Shown one piece after another: positions 43,983 to 57,400 of a stretch of 64,000 nt of DNA. Position 1 is the stretch's first letter. Each line of letters starts with the position of its first letter. The notes beneath the pieces were generated by a model. That model saw nothing but the letters and a program-made list of their open reading frames with translations, was not told the DNA's origin and ran no database searches. The translations under genes were made by a program, and so were the position numbers. Source of the DNA: Auanema rhodensis (taxonomy: Eukaryota; Animalia; Nematoda); assembly GCA_964057225.1 (NCBI GenBank), contig OZ059900.1:7254001-7318000 (forward strand). Reading direction: 5' to 3'.

Positions 43983-46900
43983 TTGACTATTTTTACATAT
44001 ATATGTTCAATTTTAACCACTTTGGTCAAAAAGGACCGAAAATATCAAGAATTATTGGTTTTTTGGGGATTGAAGGGCATTTTGGCAAAATCAGTCAAAC
44101 TTTTGATCTTAAGCATATTTTTTTCTTCTAAAACGACTAAATGTATGAAATACTGTCATAGAATGTTCATATAGGTGTATTTTGCACGAATATCAAAACT
44201 GATTGAAATATGGGCCTTTTTATGCTCAAAACGCCATATATTCAACGATTTTGGGTTCAAAACATGTGAAAACTGTATGTTTTGATCAGACCCTTTGAGA
44301 TATGGATTTGAAATTCAGGATTCATAAACTTTGACTATTTTTACATATATATGTTCAATTTTAACCACTTTGGTCAAAAAGGACCGAAAATATCAAGAAT
44401 TATTGGTTTTTTGGGGTTTGAAGGGCATTTTGGCTAAATCAGTCAAACTTTTGATCTTAAGCATATTTTTTTCTTCTAAAACGACTAAATGTATGAAATA
44501 CTGTCGAAGAATGTTCATATAGGTGTATTTTGCACGAATATCAAAACTGATTGAAATATGGGCCTTTTTATGCTCAAAAAGCCATATATTCAACGATTTT
44601 GGGTACAAAACATGTGAAAACTGTATGTTTTGATCAGACCCTTTGAGATATGGATTTAAAATTCAGGATTCATAAAATTCGACTATTTTTACATATATAT
44701 GTCAAATTTTAACCACTTTGGTCAAAAAGGACCGAAAATATCAAGAATTATTGGTTTTTTGGGGTTTGAAGGGCATTTTGGCTAAATCAGTCAAACTTTT
44801 GATCTTAAGCATATTTTTTTCTTCTAAAACGACTAAATGTATGAAATACTGTCATAGAATGTTGATATAGGTGTATTTTGCACGAATATCAAAACTGATT
44901 GAAATATGGGCCTTTTTATGTTCAAAACGCCATATATTCAACGATTTTGGGTACAAAACATGTGAAAACTGTATGTTTTGATCAGACCCTTTGAGATATG
45001 GATTTGAAATTCAGGATTCATAAACTTTGACTATTTTTACATATATATGTTCAATTTTAACCACTTTGGTCAAAAAGGACCGAAAATATCAAGAATTATT
45101 GGTTTTTTGGGGATTGAAGGGCATTTTGGCAAAATCAGTCAAACTTTTGATCTTAAGCATATTTTTTTCTTCTAAAACGACTAAATGTATGAAATACTGT
45201 CATAGAATGTTCATATAGGTGTATTTTGCACGAATATCAAAACTGATTGAAATATGGGCCTTTTTATGCTCAAAACGCCATATATTCAACGATTTTGGGT
45301 TCAAAACATGTGAAAACTGTATGTTTTGATCAGACCCTTTGAGATATGGATTTGAAATTCAGGATTCATAAACTTTGACTATTTTTACATATATATGTTC
45401 AATTTTAACCACTTTGGTCAAAAAGGACCGAAAATATCAAGAATTATTGGTTTTTTGGGGTTTGAAGGGCATTTTGGCTAAATCAGTCAAACTTTTGATC
45501 TTAAGCATATTTTTTTCTTCTAAAACGACTAAATGTATGAAATACTGTCGAAGAATGTTCATATAGGTGTATTTTGCACGAATATCAAAACTGATTGAAA
45601 TATGGGCCTTTTTATGCTCAAAAAGCCATATATTCAACGATTTTGGGTACAAAACATGTGAAAACTGTATGTTTTGATCAGACCCTTTGAGATATGGATT
45701 TAAAATTCAGGATTCATAAAATTCGACTATTTTTACATATATATGTCAAATTTTAACCACTTTGGTCAAAAAGGACCGAAAATATCAAGAATTATTGGTT
45801 TTTTGGGGTTTGAAGGGCATTTTGGCTAAATCAGTCAAACTTTTGATCTTAAGCATATTTTTTTCTTCTAAAACGACTAAATGTATGAAATACTGTCATA
45901 GAATGTTGATATAGGTGTATTTTGCACGAATATCAAAACTGATTGAAATATGGGCCTTTTTATGTTCAAAACGCCATATATTCAACGATTTTGGGTACAA
46001 AACATGTGAAAACTGTATGTTTTGATCAGACCCTTTGAGATATGGATTTGAAATTCAGGATTCATAAACTTTGACTATTTTTACATATATATGTTCAATT
46101 TTAACCACTTTGGTCAAAAAGGACCGAAAATATCAAGAATTATTGGTTTTTTGGGGATTGAAGGGCATTTTGGCAAAATCAGTCAAACTTTTGATCTTAA
46201 GCATATTTTTTTCTTCTAAAACGACTAAATGTATGAAATACTGTCATAGAATGTTCATATAGGTGTATTTTGCACGAATATCAAAACTGATTGAAATATG
46301 GGCCTTTTTATGCTCAAAACGCCATATATTCAACGATTTTGGGTTCAAAACATGTGAAAACTGTATGTTTTGATCAGACCCTTTGAGATATGGATTTGAA
46401 ATTCAGGATTCATAAACTTTGACTATTTTTACATATATATGTTCAATTTTAACCACTTTGGTCAAAAAGGACCGAAAATATCAAGAATTATTGGTTTTTT
46501 GGGGTTTGAAGGGCATTTTGGCTAAATCAGTCAAACTTTTGATCTTAAGCATATTTTTTTCTTCTAAAACGACTAAATGTATGAAATACTGTCGAAGAAT
46601 GTTCATATAGGTGTATTTTGCACGAATATCAAAACTGATTGAAATATGGGCCTTTTTATGCTCAAAACGCCATATATTCAACGATTTTGGGTACAAAACA
46701 TGTGAAAACTGTATGTTTTGATCAGACCCTTTGAGATATGGATTTAAAATTCAGGATTCATAAAATTCGACTATTTTTACATATATATGTCAAATTTTAA
46801 CCACTTTGGTCAAAAAGGACCGAAAATATCAAGAATTATTGGTTTTTTGGGGTTTGAAGGGCATTTTGGCTAAATCAGTCAAACTTTTGATCTTAAGCAT

Positions 46901-47114
46901 ATTTTTTTCTTCTAAAACGACTAAATGTATGAAATACTGTCATAGAATGTTGATATAGGTGTATTTTGCACGAATATCAAAACTGATTGAAATATGGGCC
47001 TTTTTATGTTCAAAACGCCATATATTCAACGATTTTGGGTACAAAACATGTGAAAACTGTATGTTTTGATCAGACCCTTTGAGATATGGATTTGAAATTC
47101 AGGATTCATAAACT
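43983..47114. repeat. Three tandem copies of a 3-monomer (1044-bp) unit
   Basis: Units start at 43983, 45027 and 46071 (ggggattg+gggttcaa; gtcgaag; tttaaaattc+gtcaaatt+gttgata). Confidence 0.92.
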
Positions 47115-47229
47115 TTGACTATTTTTACATATATATGTCCAATTTTAACCACTTTGGTCAAAAAGGACCGAAAATATCAAGAATTATTGGTTTTTTGGGG
47201 TTTGAAGGACATTTTGGCTAAATCAGTCA

Positions 47230-50200
47230 AACTTTTGATCTTAAGCATATTTTTTTCTTCTAAAACGACTAAATGTATGAAATACTGTCATAGAATGTTC
47301 ATATAGGTCTATTTTGCACGAATATCAAAACTGATTGAAATATGGGCCTTTTTATGTTCAAAACGCCATATATTCAACGATTTTGGGTACAAAACATGTG
47401 AAAACTGTATGTTTTGATCAGACCCTTTGAGATATGGATTTGAAATTCAGGATTCATAAACTTTGACTATTTTTACATATATATGTCCAATTTTAACCAC
47501 TTTGGTCAAAAAGGACCGAAAATATCAAGAATTATTGGTTTTTTGGGGATTGAAGGGCATTTTGGCAAAATCAGTCAAACTTTTGATCTTAAGCATATTT
47601 TTTTCTTCTAAAACGACTAAATGTATGAAATACTGTCATAGAATGTTCATATAGGTGGATTTTGCACGAATATCAAAACTGATTGAAATATGGGCCTTTT
47701 TATGCTCAAAACGCCATATATTCAACGATTTTGGGTTCAAAACATGTGAAAACTGTATGTTTTGATCAGACCCTTTGAGATATGGATTTGAAATTCAGGA
47801 TTCATAAACTTTGACTATTTTTACATATATATGTTCAATTTTAACCACTTTGGTCAAAAAGGACCGAAAATATCAAGAATTATTGGTTTTTTGGGGTTTG
47901 AAGGGCATTTTGGCTAAATCAGTCAAACTTTTGATCTTAAGCATATTTTTTTCTTCTAAAACGACTAAATGTATGAAATACTGTCATAGAATGTTCATAT
48001 AGGTGTATTTTGCACGAATATCAAAACTGATTGAAATATGGGCCTTTTTATGCTCAAAACGCCATATATTCAACGATTTTGGGTACAAAACATGTGAAAA
48101 CTGTATGTTTTGATCAGACCCTTTGAGATATGGATTTGAAATTCAGGATTCATAAACTTCGACTATTTCTACATATATATGTCCAATTTTAACCACTTTG
48201 GTCAAAAAGGACCGAAAATATCGAGAATTATTGGTTTTTTGGGGTTTGAAGGGCATTTTGGCAAAATCAGTCAAACTTTTGATCTTAAGCATATTTTTTT
48301 CTTCTAAAACGACTAAATGTATGAAATACTGTCGAAGAATGTTCATATAGGTGTATTTTGCACGAATATCAAAACTGATTGAAATATGGGCCTTTTTATG
48401 CTCAAAACGCCATATATTCAACGATTTTGGGTACAAAACATGTGAAAACTGTATGTTTTGATCAGACCCTTTGAGATATGGATTTAAAATTCAGGATTCA
48501 TAAAATTCGACTATTTTTACATATATATGTCAAATTTTAACCACTTTGGTCAAAAAGGACCGAAAATATCAAGAATTATTTGTTTTTTGGGGTTTGAAGG
48601 GCATTTTGGCAAAATCAGTCAAACTTTTGATCTTAAGCATATTTTTTTCTTCTAAAACGACTAAATGTATGAAATACTGTCATAGAATGTTCATATAGGT
48701 GTATTTTGCACGAATATCAAAACTGATTGAAATATGGGCCTTTTTATGCTCAAAACGCCATATATTCAACGATTTTGGGTACAAAACATGTGAAAACTGT
48801 ATGTTTTGATCAGACCCTTTGAGATATGGATTTGAAATTCAGGATTCATAAACTTCGACTATTTCTACATATATATGTCCAATTTTAACCACTTTGGTCA
48901 AAAAGGACCGAAAATATCGAGAATTATTGGTTTTTTGGGGTTTGAAGGGCATTTTGGCAAAATCAGTCAAACTTTTGATCTTAAGCATATTTTTTTCTTC
49001 TAAAACGACTAAATGTATGAAATACTGTCGAATAATGTTCATATAGGTGTATTTTGCACGAATATCAAAACTGATTGAAATATGGGCCTTTTTATGCTCA
49101 AAACGCCATATATTCAACGATTTTGGGTACAAAACATGTGAAAACTGTATGTTTTGATCAGACCCTTTGAGATATGGATTTAAAATTCAGGATTCATAAA
49201 ATTCGACTATTTTTACATATATATGTCAAATTTTAACCACTTTGGTCAAAAAGGACCGAAAATATCAAGAATTATTTGTTTTTTGGGGTTTGAAGGGCAT
49301 TTTGGCAAAATCAGTCAAACTTTTGATCTTAAGCATATTTTTTTCTTCTAAAACGACTAAATGTATGAAATACTGTCGAAGAATGTTCATATAGGTGTAT
49401 TTTGCACGAATATCAAAACTGATTGAAATATGGGCCTTTTTATGCTCAAAACGCCATATATTCAACGATTTTGGGTACAAAACATGTGAAAACTGTATGT
49501 TTTGATCAGACCCTTTGAGATATGGATTTAAAATTCAGGATTCATAAAATTCGACTATTTTTACATATATATGTCAAATTTTAACCACTTTGGTCAAAAA
49601 GGACCGAAAATATCAAGAATTATTTGTTTTTTGGGGTTTGAAGGGCATTTTGGCAAAATCAGTCAAACTTTTGATCTTAAGCATATTTTTTTCTTCTAAA
49701 ACGACTAAATGTATGAAATACTGTCATAGAATGTTCATATAGGTGTATTTTGCACGAATATCAAAACTGATTGAAATATGGGCCTTTTTATGCTCAAAAC
49801 GCCATATATTCAACGATTTTGGGTACAAAACATGTGAAAACTGTATGTTTTGATCAGACCCTTTGAGATATGGATTTGAAATTCAGGATTCATAAACTTC
49901 GACTATTTCTACATATATATGTCCAATTTTAACCACTTTGGTCAAAAAGGACCGAAAATATCGAGAATTATTGGTTTTTTGGGGTTTGAAGGGCATTTTG
50001 GCAAAATCAGTCAAACTTTTGATCTTAAGCATATTTTTTTCTTCTAAAACGACTAAATGTATGAAATACTGTCGAATAATGTTCATATAGGTGTATTTTG
50101 CACGAATATCAAAACTGATTGAAATATGGGCCTTTTTATGCTCAAAACGCCATATATTCAACGATTTTGGGTACAAAACATGTGAAAACTGTATGTTTTG

Positions 50201-53200
50201 ATCAGACCCTTTGAGATATGGATTTGAAATTCAGGATTCATAAACTTCGACTATTTCTACATATATATGTCCAATTTTAACCACTTTGGTCAAAAAGGAC
50301 CGAAAATATCGAGAATTATTGGTTTTTTGGGGTTTGAAGGGCATTTTGGCAAAATCAGTCAAACTTTTGATCTTAAGCATATTTTTTTCTTCTAAAACGA
50401 CTAAATGTATGAAATACTGTCGAATAATGTTCATATAGGTGTATTTTGCACGAATATCAAAACTGATTGAAATATGGGCCTTTTTATGCTCAAAACGCCA
50501 TATATTCAACGATTTTGGGTACAAAACATGTGAAAACTGTATGTTTTGATCAGACCCTTTGAGATATGGATTTAAAATTCAGGATTCATAAAATTCGACT
50601 ATTTTTACATATATATGTCAAATTTTAACCACTTTGGTCAAAAAGGACCGAAAATATCAAGAATTATTTGTTTTTTGGGGTTTGAAGGGCATTTTGGCAA
50701 AATCAGTCAAACTTTTGATCTTAAGCATATTTTTTTCTTCTAAAACGACTAAATGTATGAAATACTGTCGAAGAATGTTCATATAGGTGTATTTTGCACG
50801 AATATCAAAACTGATTGAAATATGGGCCTTTTTATGCTCAAAACGCCATATATTCAACGATTTTGGGTACAAAACATGTGAAAACTGTATGTTTTGATCA
50901 GACCCTTTGAGATATGGATTTAAAATTCAGGATTCATAAAATTCGACTATTTTTACATATATATGTCAAATTTTAACCACTTTGGTCAAAAAGGACCGAA
51001 AATATCAAGAATTATTTGTTTTTTGGGGTTTGAAGGGCATTTTGGCAAAATCAGTCAAACTTTTGATCTTAAGCATATTTTTTTCTTCTAAAACGACTAA
51101 ATGTATGAAATACTGTCATAGAATGTTCATATAGGTGTATTTTGCACGAATATCAAAACTGATTGAAATATGGGCCTTTTTATGCTCAAAACGCCATATA
51201 TTCAACGATTTTGGGTACAAAACATGTGAAAACTGTATGTTTTGATCAGACCCTTTGAGATATGGATTTGAAATTCAGGATTCATAAACTTCGACTATTT
51301 CTACATATATATGTCCAATTTTAACCACTTTGGTCAAAAAGGACCGAAAATATCGAGAATTATTGGTTTTTTGGGGTTTGAAGGGCATTTTGGCAAAATC
51401 AGTCAAACTTTTGATCTTAAGCATATTTTTTTCTTCTAAAACGACTAAATGTATGAAATACTGTCGAATAATGTTCATATAGGTGTATTTTGCACGAATA
51501 TCAAAACTGATTGAAATATGGGCCTTTTTATGCTCAAAACGCCATATATTCAACGATTTTGGGTACAAAACATGTGAAAACTGTATGTTTTGATCAGACC
51601 CTTTGAGATATGGATTTAAAATTCAGGATTCATAAAATTCGACTATTTTTACATATATATGTCAAATTTTAACCACTTTGGTCAAAAAGGACCGAAAATA
51701 TCAAGAATTATTTGTTTTTTGGGGTTTGAAGGGCATTTTGGCAAAATCAGTCAAACTTTTGATCTTAAGCATATTTTTTTCTTCTAAAACGACTAAATGT
51801 ATGAAATACTGTCATAGAATGTTCATATAGGTGTATTTTGCACGAATATCAAAACTGATTGAAATATGGGCCTTTTTATGCTCAAAACGCCATATATTCA
51901 ACGATTTTGGGTACAAAACATGTGAAAACTGTATGTTTTGATCAGACCCTTTGAGATATGGATTTGAAATTCAGGATTCATAAACTTCGACTATTTCTAC
52001 ATATATATGTCCAATTTTAACCACTTTGGTCAAAAAGGACCGAAAATATCAAGAATTATTGGTTTTTTGGGGTTTGAAGGGCATTTTGGCAAAATCAGTC
52101 AAACTTTTGATCTTAAGCATATTTTTTTTTTCTAAAACGACTAAATGTATGAAATACTGTCAAAGAATGTTCATATAGGTGTATTTTGCACGAATATCAA
52201 AACTGATTGAAATATGAGCCTTTTTATGCTCAAAACGCCATATATTCAACGATTTTGGGTACGAAACATGTGAAAACTGTATGTTTTGATCAGACCCTTT
52301 GAGATATGGATTTGAAATTCAGGATTCATAAACTTTGACTATTGTTACATATATATGTCCAATTTTAACCACTTTGGTCAAAAAGGACCGAAAATATCAA
52401 GAATTATTGGTTTTTTGGGGTTTGAAGGGCATTTTGGCTAAATCAGTCAAACTTTTGATCTTAAGCATATTTTTTTCTTCTAAAACGACTAAATGTATGA
52501 AATACTGTCATAGAATGTTCATATAGGTCTATTTTGCACGAATATCAAAACTGATTGAAATATGGGCCTTTTTATGTTCAAAACGCCATATATTCAACGA
52601 TTTTGGGTACAAAACATGTGAAAACTGTATGTTTTGATCAGACCCTTTGAGATATGGATTTGAAATTCAGGATTCATAAACTTTGACTATTTTTACATAT
52701 ATATGTCCAATTTTAACCACTTTGGTCAAAAAGGACCGAAAATATCAAGAATTATTGGTTTTTTGGGGATTGAAGGGCATTTTGGCAAAATCAGTCAAAC
52801 TTTTGATCTTAAGCATATTTTTTTCTTCTAAAACGACTAAATGTATGAAATACTGTCATAGAATGTTCATATAGGTGTATTTTGCACGAATATCAAAACT
52901 GATTGAAATATGGGCCTTTTTATGCTCAAAACGCCATATATTCAACGATTTTGGGTTCAAAACATGTGAAAACTGTATGTTTTGATCAGACCCTTTGAGA
53001 TATGGATTTGAAATTCAGGATTCATAAACTTTGACTATTTTTACATATATATGTTCAATTTTAACCACTTTGGTCAAAAAGGACCGAAAATATCAAGAAT
53101 TATTGGTTTTTTGGGGTTTGAAGGGCATTTTGGCTAAATCAGTCAAACTGTTGATCTTAAGCATATTTTTTTCTTCTAAAACGACTAAATGTATGAAATA

Positions 53201-54420
53201 CTGTCATAGAATGTTCATATAGGTGTATTTTGCACGAATATCAAAACTGATTGAAATATGGGCCTTTTTATGCTCAAAACGCCATATATTCAACGATTTT
53301 GGGTACAAAACATGTGAAAACTGTATGTTTTGATCAGACCCTTTGAGATATGGATTTGAAATTCAGGATTCATAAACTTCGACTATTTCTACATATATAT
53401 GTCCAATTTTAACCACTTTGGTCAAAAAGGACCGAAAATATCGAGAATTATTGGTTTTTTGGGGTTTGAAGGGCATTTTGGCAAAATCAGTCAAACTTTT
53501 GATCTTAAGCATATTTTTTTCTTCTAAAACGACTAAATGTATGAAATACTGTCGAAGAATGTTCATATAGGTGTATTTTGCACGAATATCAAAACTGATT
53601 GAAATATGGGCCTTTTTATGCTCAAAACGCCATATATTCAACGATTTTGGGTACAAAACATGTGAAAACTGTATGTTTTGATCAGACCCTTTGAGATATG
53701 GATTTAAAATTCAGGATTCATAAAATTCGACTATTTTTACATATATATGTCAAATTTTAACCACTTTGGTCAAAAAGGACCGAAAATATCAAGAATTATT
53801 TGTTTTTTGGGGTTTGAAGGGCATTTTGGCAAAATCAGTCAAACTTTTGATCTTAAGCATATTTTTTTCTTCTAAAACGACTAAATGTATGAAATACTGT
53901 CATAGAATGTTCATATAGGTGTATTTTGCACGAATATCAAAACTGATTGAAATATGGGCCTTTTTATGCTCAAAACGCCATATATTCAACGATTTTGGGT
54001 ACAAAACATGTGAAAACTGTATGTTTTGATCAGACCCTTTGAGATATGGATTTGAAATTCAGGATTCATAAACTTCGACTATTTCTACATATATATGTCC
54101 AATTTTAACCACTTTGGTCAAAAAGGACCGAAAATATCGAGAATTATTGGTTTTTTGGGGTTTGAAGGGCATTTTGGCAAAATCAGTCAAACTTTTGATC
54201 TTAAGCATATTTTTTTCTTCTAAAACGACTAAATGTATGAAATACTGTCGAATAATGTTCATATAGGTGTATTTTGCACGAATATCAAAACTGATTGAAA
54301 TATGGGCCTTTTTATGCTCAAAACGCCATATATTCAACGATTTTGGGTACAAAACATGTGAAAACTGTATGTTTTGATCAGACCCTTTGAGATATGGATT
54401 TAAAATTCAGGATTCTTAAA
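47230..54420. repeat. ~6-monomer block repeated at 15-monomer (5220-bp) offset
   Basis: The order ataggtct; ggggattg+gggttc; plain; X; Y; X' occurs at ~47230-49200 and ~52450-54420. Confidence 0.82.
48159..51986. repeat. Block of two monomer types (X/Y) containing a 4-monomer tandem duplication (48855-50246 = 50247-51638)
   Basis: X: cttcgac/ttctac/atcgag/gtcgaa(g/t). Y: tttaaaattc/aattcgac/gtcaaatt/atttgtt. Confidence 0.85.
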
Positions 54421-57400
54421 ATTCGACTATTTTTACATATATATGTCCAATTTTAACCACTTTGGTCAAAAAGGACCGAAAATATCAAGAATTATTGGTT
54501 TTTTGGGGTTTGAAGGGCATTTTGGCAAAATCAGTCAAACTTTTGATCTTAAGCATATTTTTTTCTTCTAAAACGACTAAATGTATGAAATACTGTCATA
54601 GAATGTTCATATAGGTGTATTTTGCACGAATATCAAAACTGATTGAAATATGGGCCTTTTTATGCTCAAAACGCCATATATTCAACGATTTTGGGTACAA
54701 AACATGTGAAAACTGTATGTTTTGATCAGACCCTTTGAGATATGGATTTGAAATTCAGGATTCATAAACTTCGACTATTTCTACATATATATGTCCAATT
54801 TTAACCACTTTGGTCAAAAAGGACCGAAAATATCAAGAATTATTGGTTTTTTGGGGTTTGAAGGACATTTTGGCTAAATCAGTCAAACTTTTGATCTTAA
54901 GCATATTTTTTTCTTCTAAAACGACTAAATGTATGAAATACTGTCATAGAATGTTCATATAGGTGTATTTTGCACGAATATCGAAACTGATTGAAATATG
55001 GGCCTTTTTATGTTCAAAACGCCATATATTCAACGATTTTGGGTACAAAACATGTGAAAACTGTATGTTTTGATCAGACCCTTTGAGATATGGATTTGAA
55101 ATTCAGGATTCATAAACTTTGACTATTTTTACATATATATGTCCAATTTTAACCACTTTGGTCAAAAAGGACCGAAAATATCAAGAATTATTGGTTTTTT
55201 GGGGATTGAAGGGCATTTTGGCCAAATCAGTCAAACTTTTGATCTTAAGCATATTTTTTTCTTCTAAAACGACTAAATGTATGAAATACTGTCATAGAAT
55301 GTTCATATAGGTGTATTTTGCACGAATATCGAAACTGATTGAAATATGGGCCTTTTTATGTTCAAAACGCCATATATTCAACGATTTTGGGTACAAAACA
55401 TGTGAAAACTGTATGTTTTGATCAGACCCTTTGAGATATGGATTTGAAATTCAGGATTCATAAACTTTGACTATTTTTACATATATATGTCCAATTTTAA
55501 CCACTTTGGTCAAAAAGGACCGAAAATATCAAGAATTATTGGTTTTTTGGGGATTGAAGGGCATTTTGGCAAAATCAGTCAAACTTTTGATCTTAAGCAT
55601 ATTTTTTTCTTCTAAAACGACTAAATGTATGAAATACTGTCATAGAATGTTCATATAGGTGTATTTTGCACGAATATCAAAACTGATTGAAATATGGGCC
55701 TTTTTATGTTCAAAACGCCATATATTCAACGATTTTGGGTACAAAACATGTGAAAACTGTATGTTTTGATCAGACCCTTTGAGATATGGATTTGAAATTC
55801 AGGATTCATAAACTTTGACTATTTTTACATATATATGTTCAATTTTAACCACTTTGGTCAAAAAGGACCGAAAATATCAAGAATTATTGGTTTTTTGGGG
55901 TTTGAAGGGCATTTTGGCTAAATCAGTCAAACTTTTGATCTTAAGCATATTTTTTTCTTCTAAAACGACTAAATGTATGAAATACTGTCATAGAATGTTG
56001 ATATAGGTGTATTTTGCACGAATATCGAAACTGATTGAAATATGGGCCTTTTTATGTTCAAAACGCCATATATTCAACGATTTTGGGTACAAAACATGTG
56101 AAAACTGTATGTTTTGATCAGACCCTTTGAGATATGGATTTGAAATTCAGGATTCATAAACTTTGACTATTTTTACATATATATGTCCAATTTTAACCAC
56201 TTTGGTCAAAAAGGACCGAAAATATCAAGAATTATTGGTTTTTTGGGGATTGAAGGGCATTTTGGCCAAATCAGTCAAACTTTTGATCTTAAGCATATTT
56301 TTTTCTTCTAAAACGACTAAATGTATGAAATACTGTCATAGAATGTTCATATAGGTGTATTTTGCACGAATATCAAAACTGATTGAAATATGGGCCTTTT
56401 TATGTTCAAAACGCCATATATTCAACGATTTTGGGTACAAAACATGTGAAAACTGTATGTTTTGATCAGACCCTTTCAGATATGGATTTGGAATTCAGGA
56501 TTCATAAACTTTGACTATTTTTACATATATATGTTCAATTTTAACCACTTTGGTCAAAAAGGACCGAAAATATCAAGAATTATTGGTTTTTTGGGGTTTG
56601 AAGGGCATTTTGGCTAAATCAGTCAAACTTTTGATCTTAAGCATATTTTTTTCTTCTAAAACGACTAAATGTATGAAATACTGTCATAGAATGTTGATAT
56701 AGGTGTATTTTGCACGAATATCAAAACTGATTGAAATATGGGCCTTTTTATGTTCAAAACGCCATATATTCAACGATTTTGGGTACAAAACATGTGAAAA
56801 CTGTATGTTTTGATCAGACCCTTTGAGATATGGATTTGAAATTCAGGATTCATAAACTTTGACTATTTTTACATGTATATGTCCAATTTTAACCACTTTA
56901 GTCAAAAAGGACCGAAAATATCAAGAATTATTGGTTTTTTGGGGATTGAAGGGCATTTTGGCAAAATCAGTCAAACTTTTGATCTTAAGCATATTTTTTT
57001 CTTCTAAAACGACTAAATGTATGAAATACTGTCATAGAATGTTCATATAGGTGTATTTTGCACGAATATCAAAACTGATTGAAATATGGGCCTTTTTATG
57101 CTCAAAACGCCATATATTCAACGATTTTGGGTACAAAACATGTGAAAACTGTATGTTTTGATCAGACCCTTTGAGATATGGATTTGAAATTCAGGATTCA
57201 TAAACTTTGACTATTTTTACATATATATGTCCAATTTCAACCACTTTGGTCAAAAAGGACCGAAAATATCAAGAATTATTGGTTTTTTGGGGTTTGAAGG
57301 GCATTTTGGCTGAATCAGTCAAACTTTTGATCTTAAGCATATTTTTTTTTTCTAAAACGACTAAATGTATGAAATACTGTCATAGCATGTTCATATAGGT

